The notes below the pieces were generated by a model. The model saw only the letters and a program-made list of their open reading frames with translations, had not been told where the DNA came from and searched no databases. Of a stretch of DNA of 33,891 nucleotides, positions 1 through 12,164 are shown one piece after another (position 1 is the first letter of the stretch; every line of letters begins with the position of its first letter). The stretch is from Chiloscyllium plagiosum (Eukaryota): contig NW_025215128.1 in assembly GCF_004010195.1 (NCBI RefSeq), positions 1 to 33,891 on the forward strand, in the 5' to 3' direction. Position numbers and translations under genes: made by a program.

Positions 1-534
1 GCAAGTATGCAGGCAGATTAGTAAGAATTGAGGAGGAATGGCATTTTTGTCATGTCAGAGAGATGTACAGCACGGAAACAGACACTTTATCCGTGCTGAT
101 GAACATTCTACATTAATCATTCCACTTCTCAGCACTTGGCCAATATCCTTCTAAACCCCTCATATTCATGGACCCATCCAGATAGCTTTTAAATATTGTT
201 CTTTTATCAGCCTCCACGACTTTCTCTGGCAGCTCCTTCCATACACACACTCCCGTTTTACGTGAAAACGTTGCTCCTAAGATCCCAGTGAAGCCATTCC
301 CCTCTCATAGTCAACTTTGACATCTATTTGTGGCCTCCCCTAACCTGGAAACAGACAGTGTCTATTTACCATATCCTTGCCCCACATGATTGTATAGACT
401 TCTATTAGATCGCCCCACTGAGTTCGAACCTTTCATGGAAAGCGGCACCATCGTATTCAGCCTCTCCCTGTCGCTCAAAATCTATAATTCTGGCAGAGAC
501 AGAGGTGAAGGAGCATAGTGGCTTAGAATCGCAA

Positions 535-662
535 CAATGGAGAAATGGGCACCGGAGAAAACCCACACAAACCCAGGGAGAACGTGCAAACTTTACACAA
601 GCAATCGCCCGAGCCTGGAATTGAACCCGGGAACCTGGCAATGTGAGGCTGCAGCGCCACCC
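535..662 (-). mobile_element. HE1-type tRNA-derived SINE, 5' fragment
   Basis: ccggagaaaacccacacaaacccagggagaacgtgcaaact...ggaattgaacccgggaacctggcaatgtgaggc matches the reverse complement of the other HE1 copies here; B-box GGTTCAATTCC on minus strand. Confidence 0.85.
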
Positions 663-2132
663 AAATTTTCGGGAGAAACGTCAAACACATCATCTTTACT
701 TGAAACACTTCACTCCAGATGGATATATTTCCCCCGACGATTCAATATCACTTGGCACTCAGAAAGGACAATCTTGTGGGAGAATTATTTTCTGAACGCT
801 TTATAATTTCACTGTGCCCTTCAGAAAGTAGGGAGACCTGAACTGCACATAATAATGCAAAAGAGACCGAACCGATGTCCTGTATCGCTGCAACATGACC
901 TCCTAACCCCTGTACTCAATGCCGTGACCAATAAAGGAAAGCATGCAAAACACTTTCATCGCTATCCAATCTAATGTGACTCCACTTTCAAAAATATCTG
1001 AGCCTGAACTCCAAGGTCGCTTTGCTGAACAATACTCCCCACAATCTTACCAATCAGTGTATAAACCCTGCATGGATTTTGCTTTCCAAAATGTGACACC
1101 TCATACATGTCTAAGGTATACAACGTCTCTCATTTCTGGTCCCAATGGCCATTCTGATAAAGGTCTGTTTGTCCTCTGAGGCAAAATATCCAATGCAGCT
1201 CCAGTTTTCGTTTCACCTGCAAACAGACTAACTATACCTCATTTATTCACATTCCAATCATTCACATAAATGTTGAAAAGTTGCCGACCCAGCACAGATT
1301 CTTGTGGCTCATCACTGGTGACAAGATTCCAGACGGAAAAGCATGCCTTCACCATCACTCTGTATCCTCGACCTTCCATCCAGTTCTGCATCCAAGTGGC
1401 GAGTTAAATGTGTTAAATGTGATCTAACCTTGCTAACCAGTCTACCATGATTAACCTTGTCTAACGCCTTACTGAAGTCCACATAGATTGTGTCAACCTC
1501 TCTCCCCTCATCAATCGTCGCCGTTAATTCTACAATAAAACCAGTCAAGTTGGTGAGACATATTTGTTCACGCACAAAGCCCTGTGGACTGTCCCCAATC
1601 ATTTCTTTCTCCTCAACAACTTGCTCAACACTGATGTGCAGCTAGCGGCCTGTCATTCCCCGGCATTTCCTTATTAATTTGCTTAAATACTGTCACCGTG
1701 TTAGCCAATCTCCAATCTTCCAGCACCTCACCTGTGAATATCAACGATTCAAATTTCTTAGCAAAGGCCTCATCCCTTTCTTCGCACGGAGTTCTAGGGT
1801 AGACCTGATCAGGTCATGCTGATGTATGCACCTTCAAGCTTTTTAAGACGCAACGCACCACATTCTCTGTATATGTCAGCAATATGTCTCCATTTTTCAA
1901 TATATCACCGTCTAATTCCCCAAATATGTCCCCAACGTCTACATCTTCTATGTCCTTCTCCACAGTGAGCACTGCTGCAACATACACGTTACTACCTTCC
2001 CGATATCCTGCAGTTTCATACGTCGGCTGTCTTGCTGGAGGACGTGTTCTATCCTGAGTTATTCTTTTGCCCTTTGTGCATTTTTAACAATGCCTTTGAA
2101 TATTAATTCACCCTATTTGCCAAAGCTATCTC

Positions 2133-4031
2133 GTGTGCCCGTTTTCCCCTCTTGATTAACCTTTTAATTGTATTCAAACTGCCTTTATACACTTCTAAGA
2201 ATTAATTTGGTCTCCGTTGTCCATAGCTGGCAGATGGTTCTTTTTTTTTCTTGACAAATTCCTCAATTTCTCTAAGCATACAACATTCTTTATACCTACG
2301 AGGCTTGTTTTTCACACCAGTAGGAATATGCTGTATCTGGTCTCTCTTTATCTCATTTTAAGGCTTTCCATTTTCAAGTCGTCCCTTTACCTGCGAAGAT
2401 TCACACTCAATCAGCTTTTAAATGTTCCCCAATGTAGAACTTCAATTTTTCTATCCTGTGCATCATTTTCCATCACTAATGCAAAGCGAATTGTATTGTG
2501 GTCGTTGGCCCCTAAGTGCTTCCCCACTTACACCTCAGTCACTTCTGCGTTATTTCCAAAGGGCAACCTTCTCTTGTTTTGCACCTTCTCTTGTCGGTAC
2601 ATCCGCATAACTGCATTAAAAATACTTGCAGACACTTACCAAATTCCTCTCCAAGTAAACACTTAACATTGTGGCATCGTACTCTATGTCTGAAAAGTTA
2701 AAATCCCCTCATATTGTTAGCGTTTTATTCTTACAGATAACTGAGTTTCTCATTTTTCCAGCTGAGTATTAGTGGGGATGTCATACAATAAAAATAAGGT
2801 AATGTTACATTTCCTTTTCCTGAATTTCCTCCTAAATAACTTCCCTGCGAGTATTCCACGGAATGTGCACCTGAAGCACATCCGTAATGTTATCCCTTAT
2901 CAAAAATGTCTCACCACTTTTTTGTCTTTATGCCTTTTCTTTTCTTCATATAACATTTGCGTCCTGAAGCATAAGCTGCCAGGTTTGTGCTTACCTGAAT
3001 CACGTTTCTGTTTTTGCTCTCATATCCAAGTCCCATGTTCATTACCATGCCAGGAGTTCATCTGCCTTCCCTGTTCAATTGTGTGCCCGTTTTCCCCTCT
3101 TGATTAACCTTTTAATTGTATTCAAACTGCCTTGATACGCTTCGAAGAATTAATTCGGTCTCCGTTGTCCATAGCTGGCAGATGGTTCTTTTTTTCTTCT
3201 TGACAAATTCCTCAATTTCTCTAAGCACACAACATTCTTTATACCTACGAGGCTTGTTTTTTCACACCAGTAGGAATATGCTGTATCTGGTCTCTGTTTA
3301 TCTCATTTTTAAGGCTTTCCATTTTGAAGTCGTCCCTTTACCTGCGAAGATTCACACTCAATCAGCTTTTAAATGTTCCCCAATGTAGAAATTCAATTTT
3401 ACTATCCTGTGCATCATTTTCCATCACTAATGCAAAGCGAATTGTATTATGGTCGTTGGCACCTAAGTGCTTCCCCACTTACACCTCAGTCACTTCTGCG
3501 TTAATTCCAAAGAGCAACCTTCTCTTGTTTTGCACCTTCTCTTGTCGGTACATCCACATAACTGCATTAAAAATACTTGCAGACACTTACCAAATTCCTC
3601 TCCAAGTAAACACTTAACATTGTGGCATCGTACTCTAAGTCTGAAAAGTTAAAATCCCCTCATATTGTTAGCGTTTTATTCTTACAGCTAACTGAGTTTC
3701 TCATTTTTCCAGGTGAGTATTAGTGGGGATGTCATACAATACCAATAAGGTAATGTTACATTTCCTTTTTCTCAATTTCCACCTAAATAACTTCCCTGCG
3801 AGTATTCCACGGAATGTGCACCCTAAGCACATCCGTAATATTATCCCTTATCAAAAATGTCTCACCACTTTTTTGTCTTTATGCCTTTTCTTTTCTTCAT
3901 ATAACATTTGCGTCCTGAAGCATTAGCTGCCAGGCTTGTGCTTACCTGAATCACGTTTCTGTTTTTGATCTCATATCCAAGTCCCATGTTCATTACCATG
4001 CCAGGAGTTCATCTGCCTTCCCTGTTCAATT
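2133..4031. repeat. Direct tandem duplication of about 950 bp (2133-3080 / 3081-4031) inside the CR1
   Basis: Both copies start gtgtgcccgttttcccctcttg and end ccctgttcaatt. ORF pairs 2516/3467 and 2772/3723 are offset by 951. Confidence 0.97.
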
Positions 4032-4879
4032 TAATGCCATTTAGATTTCCTCGTTCTCTGCTTTGTTCCAGGCTGCACGAACTGTTTGACTTGCTCCTTT
4101 CGCCAACTGTACTGATATCAGTCTGATCGCTTTATTCACTTTCTCCTTGTGTCCAAATTCCAGCCCCCCTCCCCCAAACATCACTTGCCTCCACTATGCA
4201 CCTTACAAGTTTGAATCCTCCCCAGCAGCTCTAGCAAATTACCCTGTCTGTATACTTGACCTCTTTCTTATATAGGTCACCTGTATCCCACAGGAGAATC
4301 CAATGATCGAAAAAAGGAAACGCATGACCCCGGCATCAGCTCCTCAGATACGCAGGAATTCTGTGTTCACTAGGACATGGCAAAAAGAGTTAACCAAATA
4401 TTGCTCCCCTGAAGAACCCTTTTTTTAAATTCATGTCCAACTTCCTTTATTCTCCTTTCCGAATCTTATCTTTCTTTTCCTTTGTATGTTGTTAATTTCA
4501 ATTTGTTCAACGATCGCGTACTGGCCCTTTGAGAATGTTCAGCAGTCTCTCCAAAATATTTTTGATCGTGGCAGTAGGGAGGCAAACCGCTATTCTGATG
4601 TTTTCTGGAATCTCAGAATGACTGCCTGTATGTCTGACTGGAGAGTCCCCATCTCAATCGATTGTTTGGAACCTGCTGTACCCGCCGTTACATTACAACC
4701 AGTCTCGGCAGCTGAAATTTCGCTGCTGTTCTATATTTCACTGAGAGTCGATCAGCCCCTACATTTCCCAGATCATCTTCAGTAAGAAAGTGATTATAAG
4801 TCCTTGCTGTCAATTCTTACTGGTTTGTACAGTCCTCGTAGTAGCCCCTCCTTTCTTACCCGGAAGAATATGAAGGGAA

Positions 4880-5650
4880 ACTCAAGTTTGTATCAGACCC
4901 GCGGAGATTGGTGGTACTGACTCTGGGACTGGGTTATATCAAATTCGGGGATATTGGTATCAGTGCCTGTCGGGCTGGTTTTTCTCGGACAGGAGGAGAT
5001 TGGTGTCAGTGAATGTAGCGATGGATTATATCAGATAGGAGGAGGTTGAAATCAATGTCTTTGGGGCTGTTTTATATCAGACAGGAGGAGTTTTGTGTCA
5101 GTGAATATGGGATTGTTTTATATCAGACAGGAGGAGTTTGGTGTCAGTGACAGTGAGGCTGGTTTATATCAGACAGGAGAAGTTTGGTGTCAGTGACAGT
5201 GGGGCTGGTTTATATCGGACAGGAGGAGTTTGGTGTCAGTGACAGTGGGGCTGGTTTATATCCGACGGGAGGAGTTTGGTGTCAGTGACAGTGGGGCTGG
5301 TTTATATCCGACGGGAGGAGATTGGTGTCAGTGACAGGGGGGTTGGTTTATATCAGACAGGAGAAGTTTGGTGTCAGTGACAGTGGGGCTGGTTTATATC
5401 AGACAGGAGGAGTTTGGTGTCAGTGACAGTGGGGCTGGTTTATATCCGACAGGAGGAATTTGGTGTCAGTGACAGTGGGGCTGGTTTATATCCGACGTGA
5501 GGAGTTTAGTGTCAGGAACTGTCGCGCTAGTTTATATCCGACGGGAGGAGATTGGTATCAGTGAGTGTGGTGCTGATTTAGATTCGACAGATGATTGGTC
5601 CCAGATTTTGTGCAGCTGGTCTATGTTTGACAAGAGGTGATTGGTTGAAC
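4880..5650. repeat. 46-bp minisatellite (gacaggaggagtttggtgtcagtgacagtggggctggtttatatca); array resumes at 6066-6330, ~8990-9055 and ~10015-10345
   Basis: Unit starts at 5126 and 5172 (period 46); homogeneous centre with degenerate edges. Confidence 0.95.
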
Positions 5651-6727
5651 GTGAGTAAAGCAGATGCTGGAGATTTGAGTCGAGGGTGTGGTGCTGGAAT
5701 AATACAGCAGATCAGGCAGCATCCGAGGAGCAGGAAATTCGAAGTTTCGGGCAAAAGGCATTCATAAGTAAGGCGGTAGGGAGCCTCGGGGATGGCGAGA
5801 TAAATAGGAGGGCTGGGGCTGGGGGGAAGGCAGCTAATAGTGCAATATGTTGTTGGGGGTAGGGGTAAAGGTGATAGGTCGGAGTGGAAGGTGGAGCAAA
5901 TTGATGGCACAGAAGATGAAATTTGGGATGGGTCATGAAGGTGGTGCTGAGTTGCGAGGTGGAACTGAGGTAAGGAGGGGGAGGTGAAATAAGGAAACTG
6001 GTGAACACCATATTGATGCCATGGGGTTGAAGGTTCCCGAGGCGGAAAATGAGGTGTTCTTCTTCGTGGGGCTGGTTTATATTGGACGGAAGGAGATTGA
6101 TGTCAGTGACAGGGGGGCTGGTTTATATCAGACAGGAGGAGTTTGGTGTCAGTGACAGTGGGGCTGGTTTATATCCGACAGGAGGAGTTTGGTGTCAGTG
6201 ACTGTCGCGCTAGTTTATATCCGACGGGAGGAGAGTGGTATCAGTGAGTGTGGTGCTGATTTAGATCCGACAGATGATTGGTGCCAGATTTTGTGCAGCT
6301 GGTCTATGTTTGACAAGAGGTGATTGGTTGAACGTGAATAAAGCAGATGCTGGAGATTTGAGTCGAGGGTGTGGTGCTGGAATAATACAGCAGATCAGGC
6401 AGCATCCGAGGAGCAGGAAATTCGAAGTTTCGGGCAAAAGGCATTCATCAGTAAGACGGTAGGGAGCCTCGGGGATTGCGAGATAAATAGGAGGGATGGG
6501 GCTGGGGGGAAGGCAGCTAATAGTGCAATATGTTGTTGGAGGTAGGGGTAAAGATGATAGGTCTGAGTGGAAGGTGGAGCAAATTGATGGCACAGAAGAT
6601 GAAATTTGGGATGGGTCATGAAGGTGGTGCTGAGTTGCGAGGTGGAACTGAGGTAAGGAGGGGGAGGTGAAATATTGATGCCATGGGGTTGAAGGTTCCC
6701 GAGGCGGAAAATGAGGTGTTCTTCTTC
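5383..6727. repeat. Tandem duplication of about 683 bp (5383-6065 / 6066-6727) made of satellite units plus the Penelope 3' terminus
   Basis: ORFs 5578/6261 and 5712/6395 are offset by 683. Copy 2 lacks about 21 nt (taaggaaactggtgaacacca). Confidence 0.93.
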
Positions 6728-8975
6728 CAGGCATCAGGTGGTGAGGGATTGAAGATGGAGCAGGCCCAGGGTCTGCATGTCCTCGGCAGAGTGGGAAGGC
6801 GAGTTAAAGAGTTCATCCATGGGGCGGTGGTGTTGATTGATGCAGGGGACAAGGAGATGTTTTCAGAAGCACGTTGTGAGGAGGCAACCTGTCTCTCAGT
6901 GGAGAAGAGACCGCTCTGGGAGCAAAAGATGCAGAAAATGACATGTGTTGAAGAGCAGGTGAAACTTTAATGGATGTGGAACGCTCATTTGGAGTCTTGG
7001 ACGGAGGTGAGGGGGAATATGGGCGCAAGTTTTGCAATTCCTGCAGTGCCAGGGAAGGTGCCAGGAGGAGAGGATGAGTTATTAGGCAGTGTGGACCTGA
7101 CGCGATAGTCGCAGAGGGAACGGTCTTCACGGAAAGCAGCCGGGTTGGGGAGAATATATCTCTGGTGGTCGGGTACATTTTCATTTGGCAAAAATGGCGG
7201 CAGATGATGTGACATTCTCGGAGGTTGGTGGGGTGGGAGTTGGTGGCCAGGTGACTTTTGTCCTTGTTGTGTCTGGAGGGGTGGGGTTCGAGGGCAGAGG
7301 TTTGAGATATGGATGAGATGTGCTTGAAGGCATCATCAGCCACTTGGGATGCGGTCTTCAACGAATGAGGTCATCTGGTGTGTTCTGTGATGGAGCTGGT
7401 CCTCGTGGGAACAGAAGCGGCGGACGCCAAGGAATTGGGAATGAGGGATAGCATTTTTGCAGGAGGCAGGGTTGGAGAAAGTGTAATCCAGTTAGCTGTG
7501 GGAGTCGGTGCTTGTGTAGAAAGCTTCAGTGCAGTGTTGGTGCCCGTCGACGGGGATGAGAGGTCCAGGAAGGGTAGAGAGATGTCGGAGATAGTCCAGG
7601 TAAATTTAAGGTCGGAATAGAATGTGTTGGTGAAGTTGATGAACTGTTCAACCTTCTCGTGGGAGCACAAGGTGGCGCTGATGCAGTCATCAATATAGCG
7701 GAGGAAAAGTTGGGGAGTGGTGCCAGTGTAACTGCAGAGGATAGAATGTTCCACGTCGCTGACAAAGAGACATGCATAGCTGGGGCGCATACGGTTGCGC
7801 ATGGGTGTTCGTTTCGTCAGGGGGAAGTGTGTGGATCTGAAGGAGAATTTATTCAGGGTGAGGACCAGTTCAGACAAACGAATACGAGTGTCAGTGGAAG
7901 GGTTATGGTGGGTGCGTCGGAAGAGGAAGAAAGGGATGGCTTGTAGGTCCTGGTCATGAAGGACGAAGATGTAGAGGAACTGGATGTCCATGATGCGTTG
8001 GGACCTTGGAAAGGGAAGTCTTGGAGGTTATGGAGGGCGTGACTGGTGTCCAAACCGTATATGGGGACTTCCTGGACTGTGGGGGAATAGGAGAGTATCG
8101 AGGTATGTGAAGATGAAATCGGTGGGTAAGATGATAGGTCTGCTGGGGTAGGTAAGCTTGTGAATCTTATGTAGGAAGTAGAATCGAGTGGGGAGGGGTT
8201 CCCGAAAATTGAGCTGGGAAGCTGTAGTTGGGACATACACTGAAGTGAGGAGGTTGTGTACTGTCTCTCATCTGATGGCTTGATGATGGGTGGTGAGGTC
8301 CTGGTCGAAGGGCCGGATGAAGGAGGTGTCTTCGACTTGGTGCCTGGATTCAGCAGTGCAGAGGTCATTGCGCCAAACTATCACTGCACCCTACTTTGTC
8401 CGCTGGTTTGATGGTGAGGTTGGGGTTGGAGCAGAGGGAGTTGAGGGCTACGCATTGTAAGGGTGGAGGAGGGGTGTGGACAGATTGAGGTGATTAATAT
8501 TTCCACAGCAATTGGAAATAAAGAAGTCGAGGGTGGGTTAACAGACTGGCACGGGATTGTCCAGGTGGATGGGGTGTGTTGGAGGTAGCCGAAGCCCTCC
8601 CCAGAAGGTGGGGCGGGCGTCTTGATTGAGAACGAGTGCTCGGAGGCAGAGAAGGTGGATGAAATGGTTAGCGTCACAACATGTGTGGAATACATACTGC
8701 GTGAACGGAGGCGAATGGAAGGAAGGACTTTGCTGTGGACTGATCGTTCGTCCTCAGTGAGAAGAAGGTCTGGTGAGATGGTGAAACGTCGGCAGGGCTG
8801 GAGCTAGGAGCTAAGACCTAGGCTGGAGCTGGGAGTGTAACTGGAGTGGGCGTGGTAGTTGTGAAAGCGGGGGCGAAGTTATTTGCAGAAGTGATGCTCA
8901 CACCGTGGTTCTCGGGGCCGTGGCGATGTTGGTGGGATCTCTGTGGGTGTGCCGGTGTTGTGCAAGTGAGTTGCC
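6331..8975 (-). mobile_element. Penelope-like retroelement (RT + GIY-YIG endonuclease remnants), degenerate, with hammerhead-bearing 3' terminus
   Basis: ORF 7371..7991: MDIQFLY..LVLTLNKFSF..PSYACLFV..FLRYIDDC..LKFTWTIS..LPFLDL (PLE RT). 6680-6960 gives VIFCIFCSQSGL..FNSPSHSAEDMQTLGLL..LEEEHLIFRLGT across frameshifts. Confidence 0.9.
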
Positions 8976-9064
8976 TAAGTGTGGGGCAGAAGTTTCAGGT
9001 GAGGAGATTAGTGTTAGTGAATGTGGAGCTGGATTATGTCAGACAGGAAGAGGTCCTTTACCAG

Positions 9065-10010
9065 AGAAAAAAAATACCTCTTCAACTTCATCAGCATTCT
9101 GCAGAGAATATTTCCTCCATGACGTGCTTGTTAGTTTCAAGTTCCCCAAACCAAATTGGCTCTATTCCCAGCACCGTCCCTTTTCCGCTCAAGAGGTTTT
9201 TTTTTTGGCTGGGCCCAGAAATCCACGTGGACTCCATGCATGGCCCCAAAGAATCGTTCCAAGTCGACAGATATTTCCATGTTTTTCCACATCCTTTATT
9301 GTGTCCGTTGTTATCGCTGTAGTCTTCTCTACACTGGGGAGACAGGACGCCAAGATATCGAGCCATGCAACGATCATCTGTTGAGCATACGCACCAAAGT
9401 AACCCACTACCCAATGGCTGACCGCTTCATCTCCCCCTCCCACTTTTATTTTAGATTAGATTACTTACAGTGTGGAAACAGGCCCTTCGGCCCAACAAGT
9501 CCACACCGCCCCGCCGAAGCGCAACCCACCCATACCCCACTTCTTCAGAGACATGCAATTCTGGACCTCTCCCACTTCCAACTTAGAAGCTACCCGATGC
9601 CTGAAGAAAAAGCGCCACAGCTTCCACTTTAGGACCAGCAACCACACGGCATCAACGTCAATTTCACCAGATTCCTCATCCCAATTCTAAACCGTCAATT
9701 TGGCACCACGCTCTTGAGATGTCCTAACTGTCCAACTTCCTTCCTAGCTATCCACACCATCCGTCCCTTGCAACCTCTCGCCATCACACCCACATCGAAA
9801 TATCACGTCCCAGCTATCTTTAGCCAGCCCATCCCCTTCCTCCTATTTATTCCCCGTCCCAAGAAACCAACCCCTACAAAATTCCTGATGAAGAGCTTGT
9901 TCCGGAAACGTCAATTCTTCTGCTGTTCAGATGCTGCCTGACATGTTGTAATTTTCCAACGCCACAATTTTTGACTCTGACTGCCCAGCATCTGCAAGCC
10001 TCACTTTGTT
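9065..10010 (+). mobile_element. Second, 5'-truncated Penelope-like element (GIY-YIG region and 3' terminus)
   Basis: ORF 9156..9632 contains ILYCVRCYRCSLLYTGETGRQ..DHL..PMADRFISPSH (PLE GIY-YIG). The terminus cctgatgaagagcttgttccggaaacgtcaattcttctgctgttcagatgctgcctgac matches the other PLE ends. Confidence 0.85.
9447..9536 (-). mobile_element. Young HE1 SINE 3' fragment inserted in the Penelope element
   Basis: ttagattagattacttacagtgtggaaacaggcccttcggcccaacaagtccacacc..gcgcaacccacccatac is nearly identical to the reverse complement of 33820-33891. Flanked by a cccactt direct repeat (possible TSD). Confidence 0.9.
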
Positions 10011-10812
10011 TTTCAGAGGCAGTGACCTTGAGGCTGATTTTCATCATACAGGAGGATATTGGTGTCATTGACTTGTAGGGCTGGATTATATCAGAAAGGA
10101 GGAGACCGTTTGCAGGGTCTGTGAGGCTGGTTTATGTCAGAGATGATGTTATTGGTGTTAGTACCTGTGGATTGGTTTACAAGAGAATGGAGGAGACAAA
10201 TGAGGGTGGGTCTGCGTCTGAATTATGTCATTCAGGATGGGATTTGTGTCAGTGCTTGTGGAGCTGGTTTATATCAGAAAGGTATCGCGTTTGTGACGGT
10301 TTTTGCACCACACTGGAGGAGATTGGTGCCTTATGTGGCCAGAGAGATTGTATGTGAGGCAGATGTAGAAGCGCAAGGTGGGACTCTGTTCACAACGTCC
10401 CTGATTGTCCCAACTGAAAAACATAGGAGCGGAGAGAGCATGACAGAGAGAGAGCGAGAGAAAGACTGATGCTGAAGGGGTGAGAGGGGGAGACAAAGAA
10501 AGAGACAGGCATGGGAAGAGCAACTGAAATTGAGTCAGAGTGAGCTGGGATCTGACTTCATGGTAGTCGTTGGTGGAGTTCTCTCTCTCTGTCGAGAGAG
10601 GCCCAAGCATATTAAAGTTACAGTATAGGACGGAGACAGGGATGGGAACAAAGGACACAGAGAGCGCGATGGTAGGCGGAGGCAGAGAGAATGAGAGAGA
10701 AAGAGAAAGAGAGAAAATCGGAAATGGGGATATTAGGAGAGAAACAGAGACACGATCAGAGGGAGACAGTATGTTGCACAAAAAATAGGAGTGACAATGT
10801 GTCAATCCATAC

Positions 10813-11180
10813 GATCTCTCAGTTTCTGACTTTCGGATGTGTTTCTAATAGTGTGTTGTGTCATGTGGAATCTCGATGTGCAATTGCTCCTTCAACCCAA
10901 CGGTTGCCTGCAGGTGGAGGTGTGGCGATGGAGTTAGACAGTGGGATCATGGGCCTGTGTGGAGTGGGGAGTCGTATTCTGTGATTTTAAGACAGGCCGA
11001 CAGTGCAGCGATGTTCCGACGGACTATCCACATGCCATTGGAAAGTTGTCCACTACTGATTGGACAGAGCTTGTAGCAGGGACACAAGTAACCAAGTGTG
11101 ACTCTCGGCCCTGTCCTGACATCCAGGATGAGAGGAACACCACACCCTCTCTCAATCATTCGTTGGTCATCCTGACATTT
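10813..11180 (-). pseudogene. Candidate decayed Ig C1-set constant-domain exon
   Basis: cag acceptor (11181-11183) and gtatgg donor (from 10812); 368 nt. Across frameshifts: VPLI/PGCQDRA/RVTLGYL (TAC for TGC Cys)/TFQWHVD/..HLHLQA/NRWVEG/..HDTTHY*KHIRKSE, resembling VFPL..VTLGCL..VTW..L.V...W..G..Y.C.V.H. Confidence 0.45.
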
Positions 11181-11379
11181 CTGGTTGTGTGATACCAAGA
11201 AATTGAAGGAGAAGGGTGTGTGAGAGAGAGGGAGAGAGAAATAGAGAGAGATAGAGAGAATTTGCTGGCAACTCTGGGATCTGAGTGTTTACAAATTGAC
11301 CTGCAGGTTGTCGGATGCAAGAGAGAGACACCGAGAGAGTAATAATTTGTTAGGTGATTGGTTGTGAAACCGAACTGAC

Positions 11380-11745
11380 CTGCAGAACCTCATAACCCGT
11401 CAACATCTTCTGTGTCCTCCTGCGTGGGAACTGGTGGGAGCTTGATTTACGGTATTCCAAATAGAGCCTCCTCTCTGGTAGTGGGTGTGGTGGTGCACGT
11501 GTTGCTGAGGTGAGGGTGGAGTTTGCCCGTCAGCTGCTTACTAGAGGGGACAGCATGGAAATCTCACACACGACTGCCTCCCACCAACCTTTCCCAAGGG
11601 GAACCCGGGTTCAGTTTTCTTACGGTGTTTGGAATGTATCACCCTCCTGTCTCCAGCCTCACAACCTTCCCAAGGCTCATCGCCATCCCTTCCCCAATAA
11701 TTGACATTGACACCGCTAAAATCCTCAAGATAGGGACGGTTAGAT
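11380..11745 (-). pseudogene. Candidate decayed Ig C1-set constant-domain exon
   Basis: ttgag| acceptor after a pyrimidine tract and |gtcagt donor; 366 nt, phase 1 to phase 1. DLTVPILRIL..GKVVRLETGG*YIPNTV..SPWER..DFHAV/AADG/NSTLTS/QRGGSIWNTVNQAPTSS across frames. Both Cys are lost. Confidence 0.35.
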
Positions 11746-12164
11746 CTCAACACAAGAAAAGCGTAATGAAACAGAGTGCATTTCAACCAAAACGTCGAGG
11801 GTGACGCAGAGAGAAAGAGAGGCCACAGTGAGGGAGAGTCATCAATCATTTTCAAGAGCAGGAAACTGCTGAGCTGAGATGGAGAGAGAGAGAGAAGGAA
11901 GGAGTGAAAGAAAGGCAAAATGAATGGAAGAGAGGGAGAAAAATGAGTGAAAAAGAGGGGAATGAAAGGAGTGAAACAGAGAGAATCGTTGAGCGTGACA
12001 GACAAAAACGTAAAAGAGAAATGGAACGCATCAACGGTAGAGAGAGATGACACTAGATGAATTGGAAGGTTGTTTATTTATATTTTATGTAAAAACAGCA
12101 TCAATCTTTGACAGGGTGTGTATGGGCCTGTGGTTAACGATAGAGAGTGGGATGGGGTGGGGGG

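Larger units (their letters stand above)
58..4790 (-). mobile_element. Degenerate, near full-length CR1-clade LINE (3' UTR, ORF2 RT/endonuclease, probable ORF1 remnants), interrupted by an HE1 fragment and an internal tandem duplication
   Basis: ORF 1312..1602(-) reads QGFVREQICLTNL..IDEGREVDTIYVDFSKALDKVNHGRLVSKVRSH, the classic CR1 RT segment. 58-500 resembles a CR1 3' end in reverse. Many stops and frameshifts. 5' boundary approximate. Confidence 0.85.

Noticed and set aside
4880..6330. CRISPR-like regular repeats
   Set aside because: Contiguous tandem units without unique spacers, in eukaryotic DNA with no cas genes.
10269..10805. 178-aa and 170-aa (11541-12053) hydrophobic Ser/Leu-rich ORFs
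   Set aside because: Mostly translations of CT-rich low-complexity intron-like tracts.
11824..11830. Perfect CACAGTG heptamer near the Ig-like exons
   Set aside because: No nonamer at 12 or 23 spacing and no J motif adjacent; expected by chance.
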